Part shown: positions 23,901-38,197 of the stretch, piece after piece
Numbering within the stretch: position 1 is the stretch's first letter
Layout of the letters: the number at the start of each line of letters is the position of its first letter
Assembly: GCA_030704615.1 (NCBI GenBank)
Contig: CM060733.1
Location: forward strand, 26,722,001-26,786,000
Source of the DNA: Takakia lepidozioides
Taxonomy: Eukaryota; Plantae; Bryophyta
DNA: 64,000 nucleotides
Reading direction: 5' to 3'
Notes under the pieces: model-generated
What the model saw: the letters and a program-made list of their open reading frames with translations, nothing else
Databases searched by the model: none
Told to the model about the DNA's origin: nothing
Program-made: the position numbers and the translations under genes

Positions 23901-24640
23901 CTAACTTTGGGGTTGCATACTACTAAGAGTTGTTGGAATATTTAATGAAATTTTATATTGGACCTAAACAGTATCCCATTATTTATATCATTCACACTTT
24001 TGCTTGTTCTAAATCCTAGTATACCCTAAAACATAGATACTACATTTGAAGCTCATTGATTCATTTTATTTTAGCTTATATGTATGATAGAGTCATCGGG
24101 ATATTTACTCGGAAATTCTTATATGTTCTACACACTCGTCCAATTTTATTTTGTACTTGATAGTACTTTTACTTCTCCAAACCCCTATATCCTTTTCCAG
24201 CTTTGGGTATAATACAATTATGGTTAAAATATTACTTGATTGAACATTTTTATAGGTCATAAACTTTCCTGCATATTTGTGTGATTCATACTTATAAATT
24301 TTCTAAAACTTTATGCTTCTAAAACCTTATATCTATGTTGGAAGCTCGTTAAAAAAACACATTCTTACTTTGGGGTACAATGTATTCAAGGTTGAGATAT
24401 TTGATTGAAAGTTTTTATAGGTTTGATGCACTGTTTCCCCCCCCCCCCCCCCCCCCCTCTTCATACTTTTTTCTTATCCTAAACCCTACAATACCTCGAA
24501 ATCTCATATCCCGAAGCGAGTCATTGAAAAAATAAATATACATAGCTTTCAACTTTGGAGTACATTGATACATTGGTTTGAAGAAATTATTTCGATTAAA
24601 AATATCTAGAAGTTCCATAGGTTCCATACATTTTTTCACA
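20960..24640. repeat. Degenerate AT-rich tandem array (~150-175 bp monomers) with a higher-order duplication
   Basis: Recurring TTTGAAGCTCA...CTTTGGGG.ACA..AGAGTGGTTGGAATATTTAATTGA...TATAGGTCCTAAAC units. ~21170-21746 plus 23098-23170 parallels ~23810-24420. Confidence 0.8.
21747..23097. mobile_element. Non-autonomous piggyBac-like element (TTAA target)
   Basis: TTAA|CCCCTAAGTGTCAA...TTGTCCTTTAGGGG|TTAA (11/14 TIR). The paralogous repeat unit near 24349 shows the empty site GAAGCTCG-TTAA-AAAAACAC. Confidence 0.8.
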
Positions 24641-27565
24641 TTTTATTAATGTTGATTCGGATTTCTCATGTGAGTAAGACTTTTTTTATTTCGGTGTACC
24701 GTTTTGATTTTGAATACCTTTTAGTTCGCCTTCGGGCCTTGTATTCATGTGTTAGTATTCATAAATTTATATCCATGGTTACTCTTTTGCAGGAGTCAAT
24801 TTGGATTCGAGACCGACATTTTTTTCCTTTACAAAACAAAATATTTTGTCTAAATTCAAGTCGTCATTTTTACAAGCTACCTATTTACGTGGAGGCATTT
24901 GCAAGAACATATCTTCGTGCGACACACACCCAGTCTTCTCAATGTCAGCTTTATGTGTAGATGTTCTAGTTTCAGGGCTAGGGTGTTTGTGGACAATATA
25001 TAGTGCTTTTGTATTGGGGATAACAGACTAATTGACAACATGTATTGGGTAATGATGTCTCATGGATACTTCTGATAATTAGTATATATCCTTTGCATTG
25101 GCTAAATTTGTATATTTTTTGATTTTGATGTTAACGTTTAATGAATTTGGAGTCATGCAAATTGTGTTATTAATATATATCATTTGCATTGTCTAATGTA
25201 TGTCATTCGACTTTGATGTCGACATTTAAGGAATTTGGAGTCATGCACATTCACTTGAAAACTAAATCTTGATTCATTGCTTCATTGTACTTATTTGATT
25301 TAATTTAAATATAAAATTATATTAAGTTTTGTCCAGATTTAAGCCAAAAGTCTTGAATTAGTTAAAATTGAGTTTCATGTACTTTGGGGACGATCAAAGC
25401 ACTTGCATCTCAATGACGCCAACAAAAAGTTGAGCTGATACGATGGATTTACAACTGTCTATCAACCACATCAAAAGTTGAGAGTATGTCGTATGCAGAA
25501 TGCAAATTATATCAACATGTGACCATTGTGATTACTACTCTGAATGTTAAAAACTCCCTGAGTCCAGGAAGAAACTCATAAGACTGTGTATGGCCCGTGT
25601 ACCTTTGTAGCTCAGGATCCTCTGCATATCTCACCACAAAATTTACATGTGGAATTGTGCTCTAGTGTAAGTGACATCCTAGATCAATTATGTTGCCAGG
25701 ATAATTTACACCTTCTGCATACTGATCATATGTCACTTGCTATTTCCTCCCAATGACAAGTATGAGCAAAATTGTATTAAGTCTCTTCTTATTATAGATT
25801 GTTACCTAAGCAAGGTGCATGATGAATAAAATTACACTATTACTATTACAACCTCCACACATAAGGCACTAGTTAGAATATGTCACACATCATCAGGAAA
25901 TGCACAACCCACGATTTTTCACATTAAATTTGCTAGTACAGCAGGTAATATTGCATTGCATTATAGCATATAATGCAACATCTTCAAAATTTTGATACCC
26001 TTTACAGAATTCAAACTTCCTACAAACTTCGGTTTGTCAACATTTCCTAGGAGCGCATGTCGTACAACTGGTAGGAAGACTTTCGCAAAAATTATCAATA
26101 AGGTACCATGAGCATGAAAACCCTGATATAAGGATCAGACAAGTTGTTCTAGCCTACTTGAGAAAGTAGGTACCAGATCCCTATCAACGCCCATATAGGC
26201 ACCAGCCGATCCGACAAGTTGTTCTTCGGACCGTCCCAGAATTATATACCAAATTTTATTTTGTTATTGCCAAGTGCCGCTGCACCCCAAGGGAAATGCG
26301 AGAGAGGGCTGGCATGAGGTTGCAACACCTATCCCTCACCTTCACCAAGATAGGGCAAGGGCTTGCAAGCGCTGCAAGCACTCCCAAAGTGACCCCGGGG
26401 CCCCACCCAATACGGGCTATGGGCTCTCACCGTAGCGCACTGGGCCTTCTTGCCTACGTGACACTCTAACATTGGTGCAGAGGTGAGCTGGCTATAGGCC
26501 ATAGTGAATGACCTTGTGAGGCGCTTTGCAGCCTAGTGAAAGCACTTTCTTGATTTCTTTTGCGTACAAAAGTTTCTTTCAAAGTTTGAATGCCAATTAC
26601 GTCACAAACACTTTGCAGTTTTCGTTTGCGGATTCCACTTAAAAGATTACTGAATGGATTTCACAAATTCCGAAAATGCAAAATCATGTGAGCAGTGACA
26701 CATGAAATTGTCTGCATTCTCGCAGCGCCCCAATTTAAAAAAGAAAGCTTAAACCCCATAAAGAAGACGAGTTGGGACGAAGAGCGTAGCTACCTATCTG
26801 AAAAACACCTACTTGATTTTACAAAGTACCGGACGGCTTGAGTCGGGTTTGCATGTGCTACGCGGTGTAGTTGCCCAACGTGGCGCTCAGCTACTGGAGA
26901 TATCCTATTCCTACCTGCCCTCGACCTTGTGGGTCTCGGAGCCCGGGTAGGAACATGATACCCCAAGGTATCATGGTACCCCTAGTAGCATCCCGAGGGG
27001 GGGCATAGGCTATCAAGCGCCAAGACAAAAAATACTACACATTTTGGAGAACTTAGAGGGTGGTTAGAGAAAAAGATAATTGCCTAGAAACATGGAGGCA
27101 CATAAACAACCAAAAGTCATGAATATCAAAGGTTTTTCATCAACAATGTTGTTTTGTTACATGAACTCTTGAAAAGTTTTGTGAAAATCGGGTTCTAGGT
27201 TATCTCTAATTTGCATTTGTAAGATGTGCAAATGGTTAAGGCATCGATCGTGATTGTAGGCCATTTATTACTTTGGAACTAATAATTGGTCACTAACAGC
27301 CAACTACAAGTTTTACATAATTTGATATAACTTGTTGTTAGGGACAATATGCACAAATGACCTAGGTAACAATTATCTCATCATGGTCCAACTTTGTTCT
27401 GATTTCCAATTGACAATATAGATCTTTGTTAGGTGAATTGAAACTTAGGCTGAATCTTTATAAAGATGTAGGAACTAATACAATCATTACCATATGCTCA
27501 AAGCTAAAGAATACCAATCTTCCCCAAAGTATGGAAACTGATATCCAGAATGTTTGTGTGTAATC

Positions 27566-27916
27566 ATGCAGGGTGCCCTTTCACTTTTGGAGTTGTGTGT
27601 GCAAAGTGTCATTGATAATTTGGCGAATATAAATGATGAAAAAACCACTAATTTCAGGCTTTTGGAAATGATTTTGCCATTCTGTAATCCCGAATAGTTG
27701 TGCCGTATTGAAAATTCAGCAAGAGGACGAGATTGGAGTGTACTCACTGAGGAATTATGGAGTGCGTGGTATGCTCGGCTGTTTGGAATTGATACCACAA
27801 ATATGATAAAAGGAAAGATAATAAAGATGGGTCATCCACCCTCATGGATATCATTATTTTGGACAAGGGTAAAGAAAGAACATGTTCAACAATTGAAGGC
27901 ATTCTTGGCTAGATAA
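27566..27916 (+). pseudogene. Intronless Elongin A (Pol II factor SIII subunit A3)-like pseudogene/fragment
   Basis: MQGALSLLELCVQSVIDNL...FRLLEMILPFCNPE*LCRIENSARGRDWSVLTEELWSAWYARLFG matches the plant Elongin A BC-box/SIII domain (SLxxLC...LLExILPxCxxEQLxxIE...GRDLS..T..LW...Y...FG). TAG at 27695. Confidence 0.8.
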
Positions 27917-29349
27917 TTAATTCATGTTATGGATGGAATACCTTTAACCCAACATATCATTCTAGAACTCACATGAGAGACTCTCATATTAGTATGTGTG
28001 TTAGCGTAGTATAGTGAGAGTTAGTAGAGGTTGTTTTTAAAATTTTGAAGCCATCTGGGAGCCTTCCTTATTACGATCCATCCTCACCACACAGACATCG
28101 CCTAAACAATGGATTTTCTACTATGAAGGCATCGCTAATTTGAAGCTCTTTTGAAGCAAGTTGTAGGATCTCATAATCGCTCAATAATTGGTATTTAGTT
28201 CTAAACTCGTGAATAACAGCTACTCAATATTCTTGCAGCTAGTATTCGCATGATCTGGAATGGACGCTCTCATGAGAAACAACTTTCTTGTGCTGGACGT
28301 TCTGCCTGGCCTATGTGATAAACCTTAGTCCATAATGCTTTTGTCGGGCACTGGTCCTGGCAGCTGGTGGGGACGGAGCCTCTAAGATTTGGGTAAACAG
28401 AGACGTAATCATCGGAGGCATTGAGTGCAAGTACTCTGCCAAGGCACAGACTCTGAATTGTACCACGTGGATCCAGAACAACAGATCTAGAAAGTTGGCA
28501 AATTATTGTTCGATCCTACAACAACCAAAAGATATGGTTGCATAGAATGATCGCTCAGTGTGGAACAGCTATGTCGCAGGTCATTGTTATCCCTACAAGT
28601 TCGAAATTTATACACTCATAAATCTATACACATGGACAACTTCACACGTCATGTAACATTCTTCATGTGAACATTTCAGAACCCTGGATAGTAGAATGCT
28701 GTCAATGGTTGAAGGTTACATGTTGAACGACACACTTGGAGTACCTCCTACCTACTCTCCATGATTTCCACATGGGACTGTGAGTTGGTTGGTAACTACA
28801 ACATCGATGTCTCAAATCTTGCAACTTTGCCCCTTTTGAAGTTCTTCATGCGGTGACCCTTACTGACCTCGTCACCTCGTCTCTTTCCTCCAACAACGAC
28901 AACTCGCACGGCAGGCAGCAGGAATCCAATTGAACTTCTCTCTCATTTTTGCACGAGTGTTACCAGGCCGATTCTGGGTTCAAATCCTGCTGCCTTGTAG
29001 TGAGTGTTATGATCTTTCCCCTTTCCTTGGTGTCGGATGGGGAAATTTTGAAGTTGCCTGAAGTCATATATGGTGTCAGTCAAATAAGGCCGTGCAGTTT
29101 CCAGAGAATTGAATACCAACCCGCGTGTGTGTATTGATGTTATTCTGCCCTAGTGTTCTCCTTCATCGTAGTTTTAGGGTTTTGCGAGGATTGCGAGTTG
29201 CGACAGAGTTGGGAGAGATGCTTGCAAGAATTGCAACGCAGTCAGTTGCGATTGTGGCCGGTGGAAGGAAATGCGGAATAGAAGTAGGAAGAGGAAGGAG
29301 TGTACGAGAGGATCCGTGATCTGACCGACTCGGCGTGGTGTGTCTAGCA

Positions 29350-32300
29350 ATGGCTGTGGTGACATTCCTTTGCAGGGGGATCCAGGTGACATGGGGTCTG
29401 TGGCTGCTGGCATTATTAATTGGAGTGGCTGTGGATAGAGTGCGGGGGGTTCCAGCAGGATTTGGTCTGGATACAGCTCTGTTTCAAGCTCAGACGGACC
29501 CGTTGGGAGAAGTCGACATCTTTCAATCTCTTTCGCCTAAGATCAAACGCATTCTCTCTTACCCCTCCGGCTCCGACAAGATGACCACTCTTCGCTCCCT
29601 TGAGTCCACCACATTGATCACGGTTAAGCTTGTTGGATTCTCTAACGATGACCGCAGTCGTCTCTCCCACTTGGAAGCACAACTGGCCAGTTACATGGAC
29701 GCGTTGAACCAGGACATGTATGTCAGCGTTATCGGGCACGAGTCCCATCGGTTGATGGTCAAGACCAGAGTCACGGTTGAAGTCATTAAGGCGCCGAATA
29801 ACTTGGCAGACAAGATTCATGCAGCCATTGCTAACCATTTGGACACGGTATAGTTGTCTACCATCAAGCCTGGTTCGTTGCCCTTAAGAATTCTCAGTGC
29901 CAGCTGTTCTAACCATCAAATGTGACGAATTTAACAGTTGAAATACGTTTTAGTGGTTTGATTTGTCTGTGTTGTTCTTACTTGATTTTTAGCTGGAGAG
30001 GCACTGAGCAGAATGCACGAAATTTCCGAATCAGCCTGACCCTTGTTGTTCAGTTACACGAGTTTTGATCTGGTCGTGGGTATAGCAAGAGAAACATTTG
30101 CATGTGTTGCCCGGCAAGCTTCTTTGAGATAATCTAAAGATGCCAGAGTATCATCGCCTCAAATTGCAGTAAGCTCCTGTAATCGAACAGCTTGGCATTT
30201 TGACAATTCATGCTGATCCTGTATCTTGTTGGACTGCAGGATTCAAAGGGAAAATTGGTCACAACAGAAATGCGCCAGGTTGCATATGAGGTTGTGGATC
30301 AAATTGTTCGAACTGACCTTGACAACCCTCTGTCCTCCTACACAATTTACCTTCTCAACTTGAAGCCACAGCCACGTCACAAATATGCATATGTATTAAG
30401 TGAGAGGGGGCCGTTTGGCTACATGGTGACGTGCCTCGGAACTTTTTGGACAGGCAAGGAGCGATACATGTGGGTAGACCTTGCTGCTGGCCCTGTTGAA
30501 TATGGGCCATCTACATCAGGAGAAGGTTATGTGAAGGGGGAGTTACTTCCATCGGCCTCTTCCTATGCTCAAAGCCAGCAAAATACCTTTGCAGCAGATT
30601 TGGCCTCTGTTGTGTGGAGTGCCACCCGCATGTTGTTTGTCCCAGCTGTTCAAATTCCTGTCACATACTTTTCAGAACTGGAGGTAAACAACCTTTTCCT
30701 TGGAAATATATACATATCTATTTTGTGTGACCACTTATTCAGGTGGTGCAAACTCCAGTGTACTTGGCCCAATGTAAAACAGGGCAGCTAAAAGTAGTAC
30801 ATCCTTTAAGGGCAATTACTTTAAACTGCTCATTATGGAGTATCGTTTAGTTATTTGCTGCATTGGAGGCTTGGCACTCCGGCATTTAGCAGATTTTCTG
30901 ATGGAAGACTAAGCGATTCAAGTCGTAGAAGTTTTTTTCTAGGCATGAAGCTAGTCTGATTTTAGATGCTTATTGGCAAAGTGAGAGAATCCAAGAATAT
31001 CTGCTTTCGTGAAGCAGTGAACAGAAGTTAGGGTATCTTTAATCTAAAAATAACTACCCATTGTCCTCAGTACTGGGCATTGGGACCCGTCCCTCAAGGG
31101 GTCGACATCTCAGTATCAAGTAATCCAGCTATCAGACAGCTGTGCTCAACACACCATGGGCTTGCGCAATATCTAGTCTAACCTCTGGACCATAATCTGT
31201 ATATTTTCCTTCAGGAAGTAGTACTGTGACATCTCTCTTTCCAACTAATAGTGCTTCAAGCTTCGCTTTGTGCAGGTTCATTTTATAAACATAAGGCAGG
31301 GCGAGTTGAAGGAGAAAGGTCTCAACTTCCAGGCCATGGAAGATACATTCCTGAAGGAAAGCAAAGATGGTCTTCTTTTTTCCCACCAAAATTTGAAATT
31401 CAAGCATGCCACCATCATCCTGTCTGAGTGTCCTGCGTGTTCAGCTGCATTCGCCCGTGCTTACCGTACATACACAGCCCGGCTTCTGCTTGACAAATAC
31501 GCTCCATTTCTGGAGGAGTATTTGGATTCAAAGCAACTTCATTCCTTTTTGTCGGAGTTTGGAGCAGAATTGGCAGAGAATTCTGCTGGACTCAAGCGTT
31601 CAGATTTGTCAACTAGGGTGGTTCCAGTATACATTTTTGATTTGGATACAGACCGGCAGATACTAATAGACAGATATCATCAGGTGATCATCCACTCCTG
31701 CATGTTCAATTATTGTTTCGGAAAACAGTTGTATCTCATTGCAAATCTTCTCGTAGTTAGGGTTCAATTTAATTTCATACTCTCCTTGTAAAGCATGTGG
31801 AAGACTCATACCTCTCCTAAGGACATGAGAGTCTCCTTGCAGGTTTGTTACGGGCAAGTCATAGCAGCCAGGCTCTTGCCTTGGGGATGCCTAGTTATGT
31901 TTGTGACAGTTATTTATGACAATGAATGAGTTAGACTTGGAATGAGACAACTCTATTTGCAATCGAGGATCCTTGTTTTCATATCTTATCCTCGGAGCAT
32001 AAGTGCAAAGCACACTTAACAAAATGATCATTGCTGTAGGTGATGCCATTCCCAGACATGGTGATTGCAGTTCGGACATCACATCATCAAGCGGTCTCGG
32101 AGTATAGCTGTAATGGGCGCCCACTACTACAACAAAGCATGGAGCTGGAGCGACCCATCACAGGCGCCCTCCTTCAATCCCTGTTTGGGGTGGCACCCAC
32201 GCATCTGACCTGGAGTCCTGAACATAACAGCACCTTGGTGGACTACCTTTGGGGGCTTGGACAGACCCCATTTGGTCCTTTTTCAAACTCCGTTAGTCTA

Positions 32301-32738
32301 TCTTTTGCTCAGAGGGATGCGGCGCGGCGAAACACAATTATCACGATGCTTAATCACACACTGGGAAGTGCTGTTGATCTTCTTGAGTCTATAAAGATTT
32401 ACGGAGGAGAAAAGAAGTTGCTGGATCCGAAACAGCATTTGGAGTTCTCACAAAGATGGAACTTGATAATCTACAAGCTGACAAGGGTGATGTTAGCTCT
32501 CACGCACTTCGAATTCGACACAGCCCTCTATTTTTTAAAATCATCAGAACATGATCTATTTGCAGCTCACCGGCTTGCTTACACAGCATCCACAGATATG
32601 GAGGCGAGAATGACTTGTTTTGTGGATCCCCCATTTCCATGGGGTTGGGTGTTTGTGGGCATGGGCATGTTGACTGTTGCTTTCTATGTTTGGTTGAAGC
32701 GCGAAAAGTTGTTTGTTAACAAGAAGAAGCGTTTCTGA
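29350..32738 (+). CDS. Conserved plant membrane protein, At3g28720-like (DUF7906-type), ~682 aa; exons 29350-29847, 30240-30683, 31276-31683, 32040-32738
   Basis: Four in-phase exons with GT-AG introns. N-terminal hydrophobic segment; YTIYLLN, WTGKERYMWVDLAAGPVEYGP, VPVYIFDLD, PFPDMVIAVRT, GVAPTH..QTPFGPFS..QRDAARRN; C-terminal TM followed by NKKKRF. Confidence 0.92.
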
Positions 32739-34349
32739 GTATTCAGTAAAGGGTATGGACATTTAGGGCTCTCTCTATCTCTCTTTGTGGCTGGACACAG
32801 GATGTGACAGGATTTCTAGAGGATATCTGGAAACCTTGCATCCTTGCATGTTTTGAGGTAAGTCATAGTACCAGCATCGGCCCTTCACAAGATAGTCTCT
32901 GTCCCTTTGTGTTCCGCTCAAACTGGCCATGGCCATAAGGCTACGGCAAACAATATTCTCTCTGGCTGGACACTGGATATTGCCATTCCAAACATCTCAT
33001 ACACAGGCAGGAGACACTTGGTTCACAGGTTCCCATGGAGTAGTAAGAGTAAGAGACCAGAGATACTCTTGCCCAAGGTTCCTGTCCTTAGGAAGATAAT
33101 GCTAACATCCTAGGGCTCCAGGAAGGTGCAACCACGCAACAGAGTATCACTGAGACACCTTGCTAATCTCCTTGATGATGATACCACAACAGTAACCTCT
33201 ACAGATTACTTGACAGGAGAGGTCACCATCACACTGTCTCCATATATACTCTGTTTCCACCTCTTACTTCCTCCCTGCTAATTTGGTCTTTTCTGGGTTG
33301 CTGTAAATCTTCCAGCCCCTTCCTGCCAAGACCATAGCCTGGTCTGGTTGTGTATCTCTGGTTCAACATCTTCCTTGTATTTGCTGGCTTCCAATCCTTA
33401 CACTCTTCCCAGTCATTTCTAGGAAGGTCAGCAGTGTCGAAATAGTGCATCCCTTCATGGAGGCTTCTTGCAAATGATGTTTGGAGTTTCTTCTAAAGAT
33501 GTGTTCAATTATTCACTTCATTCTTTCCAGCTACTAAAGAATGCATACCATGGAAGCAGGCTCAAGCTGAAGCTCAACGCCTCCAAGTCTGACATCTGCT
33601 TCTTGGTGACTCAAAGTATCAGGCTCACCTAAGCGGCTGGAATGGTGCAGGAGATGATTCATTGTGCATAATGCAGAGAATTCAGTGCATGGACCTATAG
33701 TTGCCAGATGCAAGAAACAAGCAAACCAAGTACCTACTCTTCACCCTGGCTCCTCTCTACCACTACAATTCACTAGTATCCTTAAAGTATGTCTGAACTT
33801 CCTGACCATAACTTCCTGACAGTGTGTTGGCCATTCCTAAATTCTTATGGGTCCTCAATTACAAAGGCAGGTTGTTTGAACTTTGAATTGCCCGCTAAAG
33901 ACGTCTTCCACCAGCCAGAGGACAACGTCCCTGTGTGGTCAAAGCAAGAAACAGGTTGAGGTGGTTATTACTGAGGCAGTCTGCCTCCTGCTTGTCAGGA
34001 AGGTTGGTGATCATGTTGTCAATCTTCTACCCTCCTAAGCTTAAAAGCTGTGTAAGCAAACAAGTCCTTTGTTCGTACTGTTTTCTTTTCCTTGATGTAC
34101 CTTCCCCACAGAATACCTACGTCCTTGCTTCACCAGTTAATAACGGGACACCCTAATTTATGTATATTTAGAGTCCATCTTTTCATCTTCTCCAATGAAT
34201 GTTATGTATACATATATATATATAAAGGAGTCCTCTTATGACTGATAATGATTTTATTTACTTAAGGAACAGGAATTATTTATCTAAGTATCGTGGTAAA
34301 TGTGTTTTTATATAATGTTTTTGGAAAAGGGAACCTGGGAGCGACAGCC

Positions 34350-34529
34350 CACAAAAAAGGCCCTTGAGGAGGAGGGAAAAATTAACCCCCTGTCATTTAT
34401 GGGCCATGAGACCTACAGGACGATCAACGCCCAGGCATACCCACGCGAAAAATCCACACACGGGGCAGGGCAGCGGGTTTGAACCCCGAACCACCACTGT
34501 GCACTTACCAGCTGGGCTACCAACCGATG
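34350..34529 (-). mobile_element. tRNA-derived SINE
   Basis: Minus strand GGTTGGTAGCCCAGCTGGTAAG (A box) and GGTTCAAACCC (B box). Its 3' body is shared with 53205-53245 and 53675-53720. Confidence 0.65.
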
Positions 34530-35676
34530 TGCTTGTATTTGAAATTGATAAAAATTTCCAAAATTCTGGATTTCGATAATGATAGGTAGTTCCTGGGCTT
34601 CATGTTCGGGCTTCATCCCCTTAAAAAAAGAAAAAAAGTAGTTAGTTCCTTTCAAAATTATCCATTTAGATCTACGACATTTAGTTTTTTTTTTAGTTTT
34701 ATTTATTTATTTATTCTCTGGAAAAGGGAGTGGACACACTAGAACATTTACCAAGTTCCATAACATATTTAGTTCCCTTCAGTTCCGTCACATCCAATTC
34801 CATTATATCCAGTTCCAGGCGTCACATTCAATTCCCTTCACTTCTATCGCTTCAGAATTCTTCCAAATTTTTATCACCATTTTAACAAATACAAAAGATG
34901 GAATGGAGCGGAGCCCATTTCATCAAATTAAAAATTCAGAAGAACACAAGTGGGAAAAGTAACCATGTTTTTTTTTTTTTTGGGGGCTCAAGTGCAACAT
35001 TTCCTTTTTTCTAACAATTGTTTTATCTTGATATTCTATCATCCTACATGGGATGTCAGTTTGTTTCGTTGATGGATGAAAACCCATATCTATGTTAGAT
35101 GAAATTCATACTGCCAATTACCCAACAACCCCCTATTTATATATTTTATGGGTTGGCTTACACCTATGTGGTTACACAGGTTCCTTATAAGTGTTATGTA
35201 CATGATTGATGGATGAATACTATAGATATCTATGTTTTTTCATCAGATGTATGAATTTTCATCGCATTTTTAGATTGGTTGCATGTAATGATACTAAGGC
35301 CTCTCATTTTAGATTCAATGCATAGTACGCTTGGGCACACGTACAGAGTGGGTCGTCAGACGCTTTTGTGAAGCTTCGTTGAGTTTTGTTATAGCTTCGC
35401 TCTAATGAGGTTGGTCAATGGGCCACCTCATAAGATAGAAGTGGTACCTCCACTGAGATTAATTGGGGCAAGTACTTCGAAATGTTTTGCGCTAGGAAAT
35501 TTATAACTATCTCCAAGCATGTAGTTGTGTGATTTCCTCCACAATGGTGGTTGCAAAACAAGCTAGCTCCCTCCAAGGGAATAGTGATAATAAAAACAAC
35601 CACCCATCCATGCATCTCCAAGATGTGGAATCCGCGATCTCCTATATATTAGTATCATACTCTTACCACTAGACTA

Positions 35677-35926
35677 CCAACGGTTGGCAGCTCAGTTGGA
35701 TAGAGCACTGCGTGCCATCCAAGTGAATCTGGATTTCAATCGTACCACCTTGTCGGATGTGGTATAATCTTCTCCTCTTTCCTTTGGGCAGTGTCCCAAG
35801 CCTTGTGCTCGGCCCCTCGCGAGGTTACTATGAAAGAGGTTATTTTCTCCTCTCACTATAATTAAGGTATCTGATTTGTGAGCGGACTCTCGCGGGTATT
35901 TCCCTTAAAAAAAAGAAAAAAGAAAA
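35677..35926 (+). mobile_element. tRNA-derived SINE with A-rich tail
   Basis: GGTTGGCAGCTCAGTTGGATAGAGC A box, degenerate B box, A-rich tail and 9-bp TSD ACTAGACTA (35668 / 35927). Confidence 0.75.
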
Positions 35927-38197
35927 ACTAGACTATACATTCATTTGTTGCAAATTCATTGTTTAATGGATATATTACAAAAACAAAATAATATTGAATT
36001 TTTTAGTGTGGGGCCACTATGAAGGCACGGCCCCTTCTATGCCATGAAACCTCATTACAATGACGCTACATAAAATTCAGAGGCCGCCCGGACCCTTGGT
36101 GCCCACCCGTCGTCACGGATGCCCATTGCGTGGTCCCTTGGGTCTTACATGGTAGGGTTTCTCATCCCTATTGCTCTACGGCACGGTCATGCCCACATGG
36201 TCTCCTCATGTCGACCATCTAAATCTCAACGGATCCAAGCTGTTCATATAGGGCATCACATGCATATACATCCGGTTAAGGTTTTCTTCTTGGTTGTTTT
36301 GTTATGTTATCACCGCTAATGTTCACTTCTTCAGTGTTGGAGTTGTTGATTGTTAAAAACCGTATATAAGTTGAAGCACATTGCGGCCGTTGTGTTTCAC
36401 ATGCATCACAAACTGATATTACGAGAAATCTTGAAGACAAGGGGAATACTGGAGATTTCTTCTCGACATGCAAGTCATTCATTTCAATTCCTAGCCATCA
36501 TTTGCATACGTTTATCTTCATTTTTCTAGAAGAAGATAGACTCGGACTGGCGATATTTTCTCCATATTAGTATGCAATCTGTTAACTGTTTTCTTCTCAA
36601 CATGTTTAAATCGTTCATTTCAGTTTACAACCATCATTTGCATATGCTCATGTTATTTTCTTCATATTGTTGTGTAATGTGTTTGCAATGTAAGATTTTA
36701 TGAAAGTGGCAAAATGCTCATTCTTTGTTGTAATCTCTTATGCTAAGTAAAGAATGTCATTCTGTCTCAAATGTTGTGCACCCTACAACATACATCACTG
36801 TCCAATCATACTTCCTAGCATATAAACCTAGAAAGCTATGTTACAATGAAAAAAGAAGTAAAGTGATCGAATGACAGAAGCGCAATGCAATGAAAAACCT
36901 TCAAGCATGAACTACCACATGCAAACCCAACTCTTCCAAGCGAAACCTCACTCTATCACTCGATGTAAGTCAAGCCAATGATACCTTTGCTGAAGAAATC
37001 CACCATACAGAGTCTAGACCTCCCAAACTCGTCCACTGAAGAACTAAAGCTATGGCGATGAGAGGCATCGACAAGCTCGACTAGAAGAAGACGAGCCTTC
37101 TCGAGGCTCACGTGGAGATAAGCCTCTCCATGTCCCAAGTGAGATTCACCACCTCACTTAGCACATGGAACCAAATGAATATCCAATGCCAACATTTAAA
37201 TATAAATATAAATATGTAATGTCCTAATTAGTTAGAAATAACTATTTCTAACTAACCATGACTAAAATTATGACATAATATTCAGAAACAAAGGTAGGGT
37301 GTCATGCCAATGTAATGACTAATGACTTCATAACTAATGAAACTAGATCTGTAATTGGGAATTTCGTGAAGCATTGTGAGTCCTTGAAGTTGTCTATCAG
37401 TAATTAAAAAAAAAACGTTTTTGAGCTTTTGAGCTACGTTGTCTGAGGCATTGGAGTTGAATTTTAACATTCAATATTGATAAGAGATCATTGATCATGT
37501 TTGAGCTCGTTGATGACGCTTGGCTATTGTTTTCCATGTAGGGTGTTCAAGGCTCCATGTTATTTAGGGCCCAACTGAGATTTCAAATTGGCGGGCAAGT
37601 TTGGCAAGTCCAAATGTCATCATTTTGCTATGAATGTGTAGAAAACAACAAATTGTGTAGCGTCTCTATTATAGTCTATTTTTTCAAAGACCTAAGAAGA
37701 ATTAGGAGTACACTCTGAGGGTAGGTTTTTGGGTAAAGAATTGTAGGTGTTGGGTGAACATCTCATCCAAAGAATGCTTCTATCCACATGGTCGAGACAA
37801 AATTTCATATGCAATAGTATTTCGGTAGAAATTTATCACACAAATCCACCGGATGGCAGGACCACCATTATCTCATGGATAAATCTTTAGAGTTTGAGTG
37901 TGATGTTTAAACTGACAACATGTCAAATCGGTGACGTATACCAATATTCACATTCAAGGTTAATGCGAACAAAATAAGTCATAATAATTGCATATGGCCA
38001 TCCGATGATTTGTCATTTTCTTGGGCCTCTAGCCTGATTCTACCTATGCATCCTTTATTTGCTCTAGCTAGCATGCTTCCTCTAGTGTTGGGTTTCTTGG
38101 TAATTATAATTCCTTCTTGCCTCCTTTGTAGGTTTTCTATATGCATCCTTTTATTATGTAGGGATTTCTCATTGCATGTTTTTGGCTATGTTTTCAT

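Noticed and set aside
26100-26985. Possible MITE with GGTACCATGA inverted ends
   Set aside because: The match is only 10 bp with no TSD.
32900-34150. Short ORFs downstream of the At3g28720-like gene
   Set aside because: No recognisable domain or consistent exon chain.
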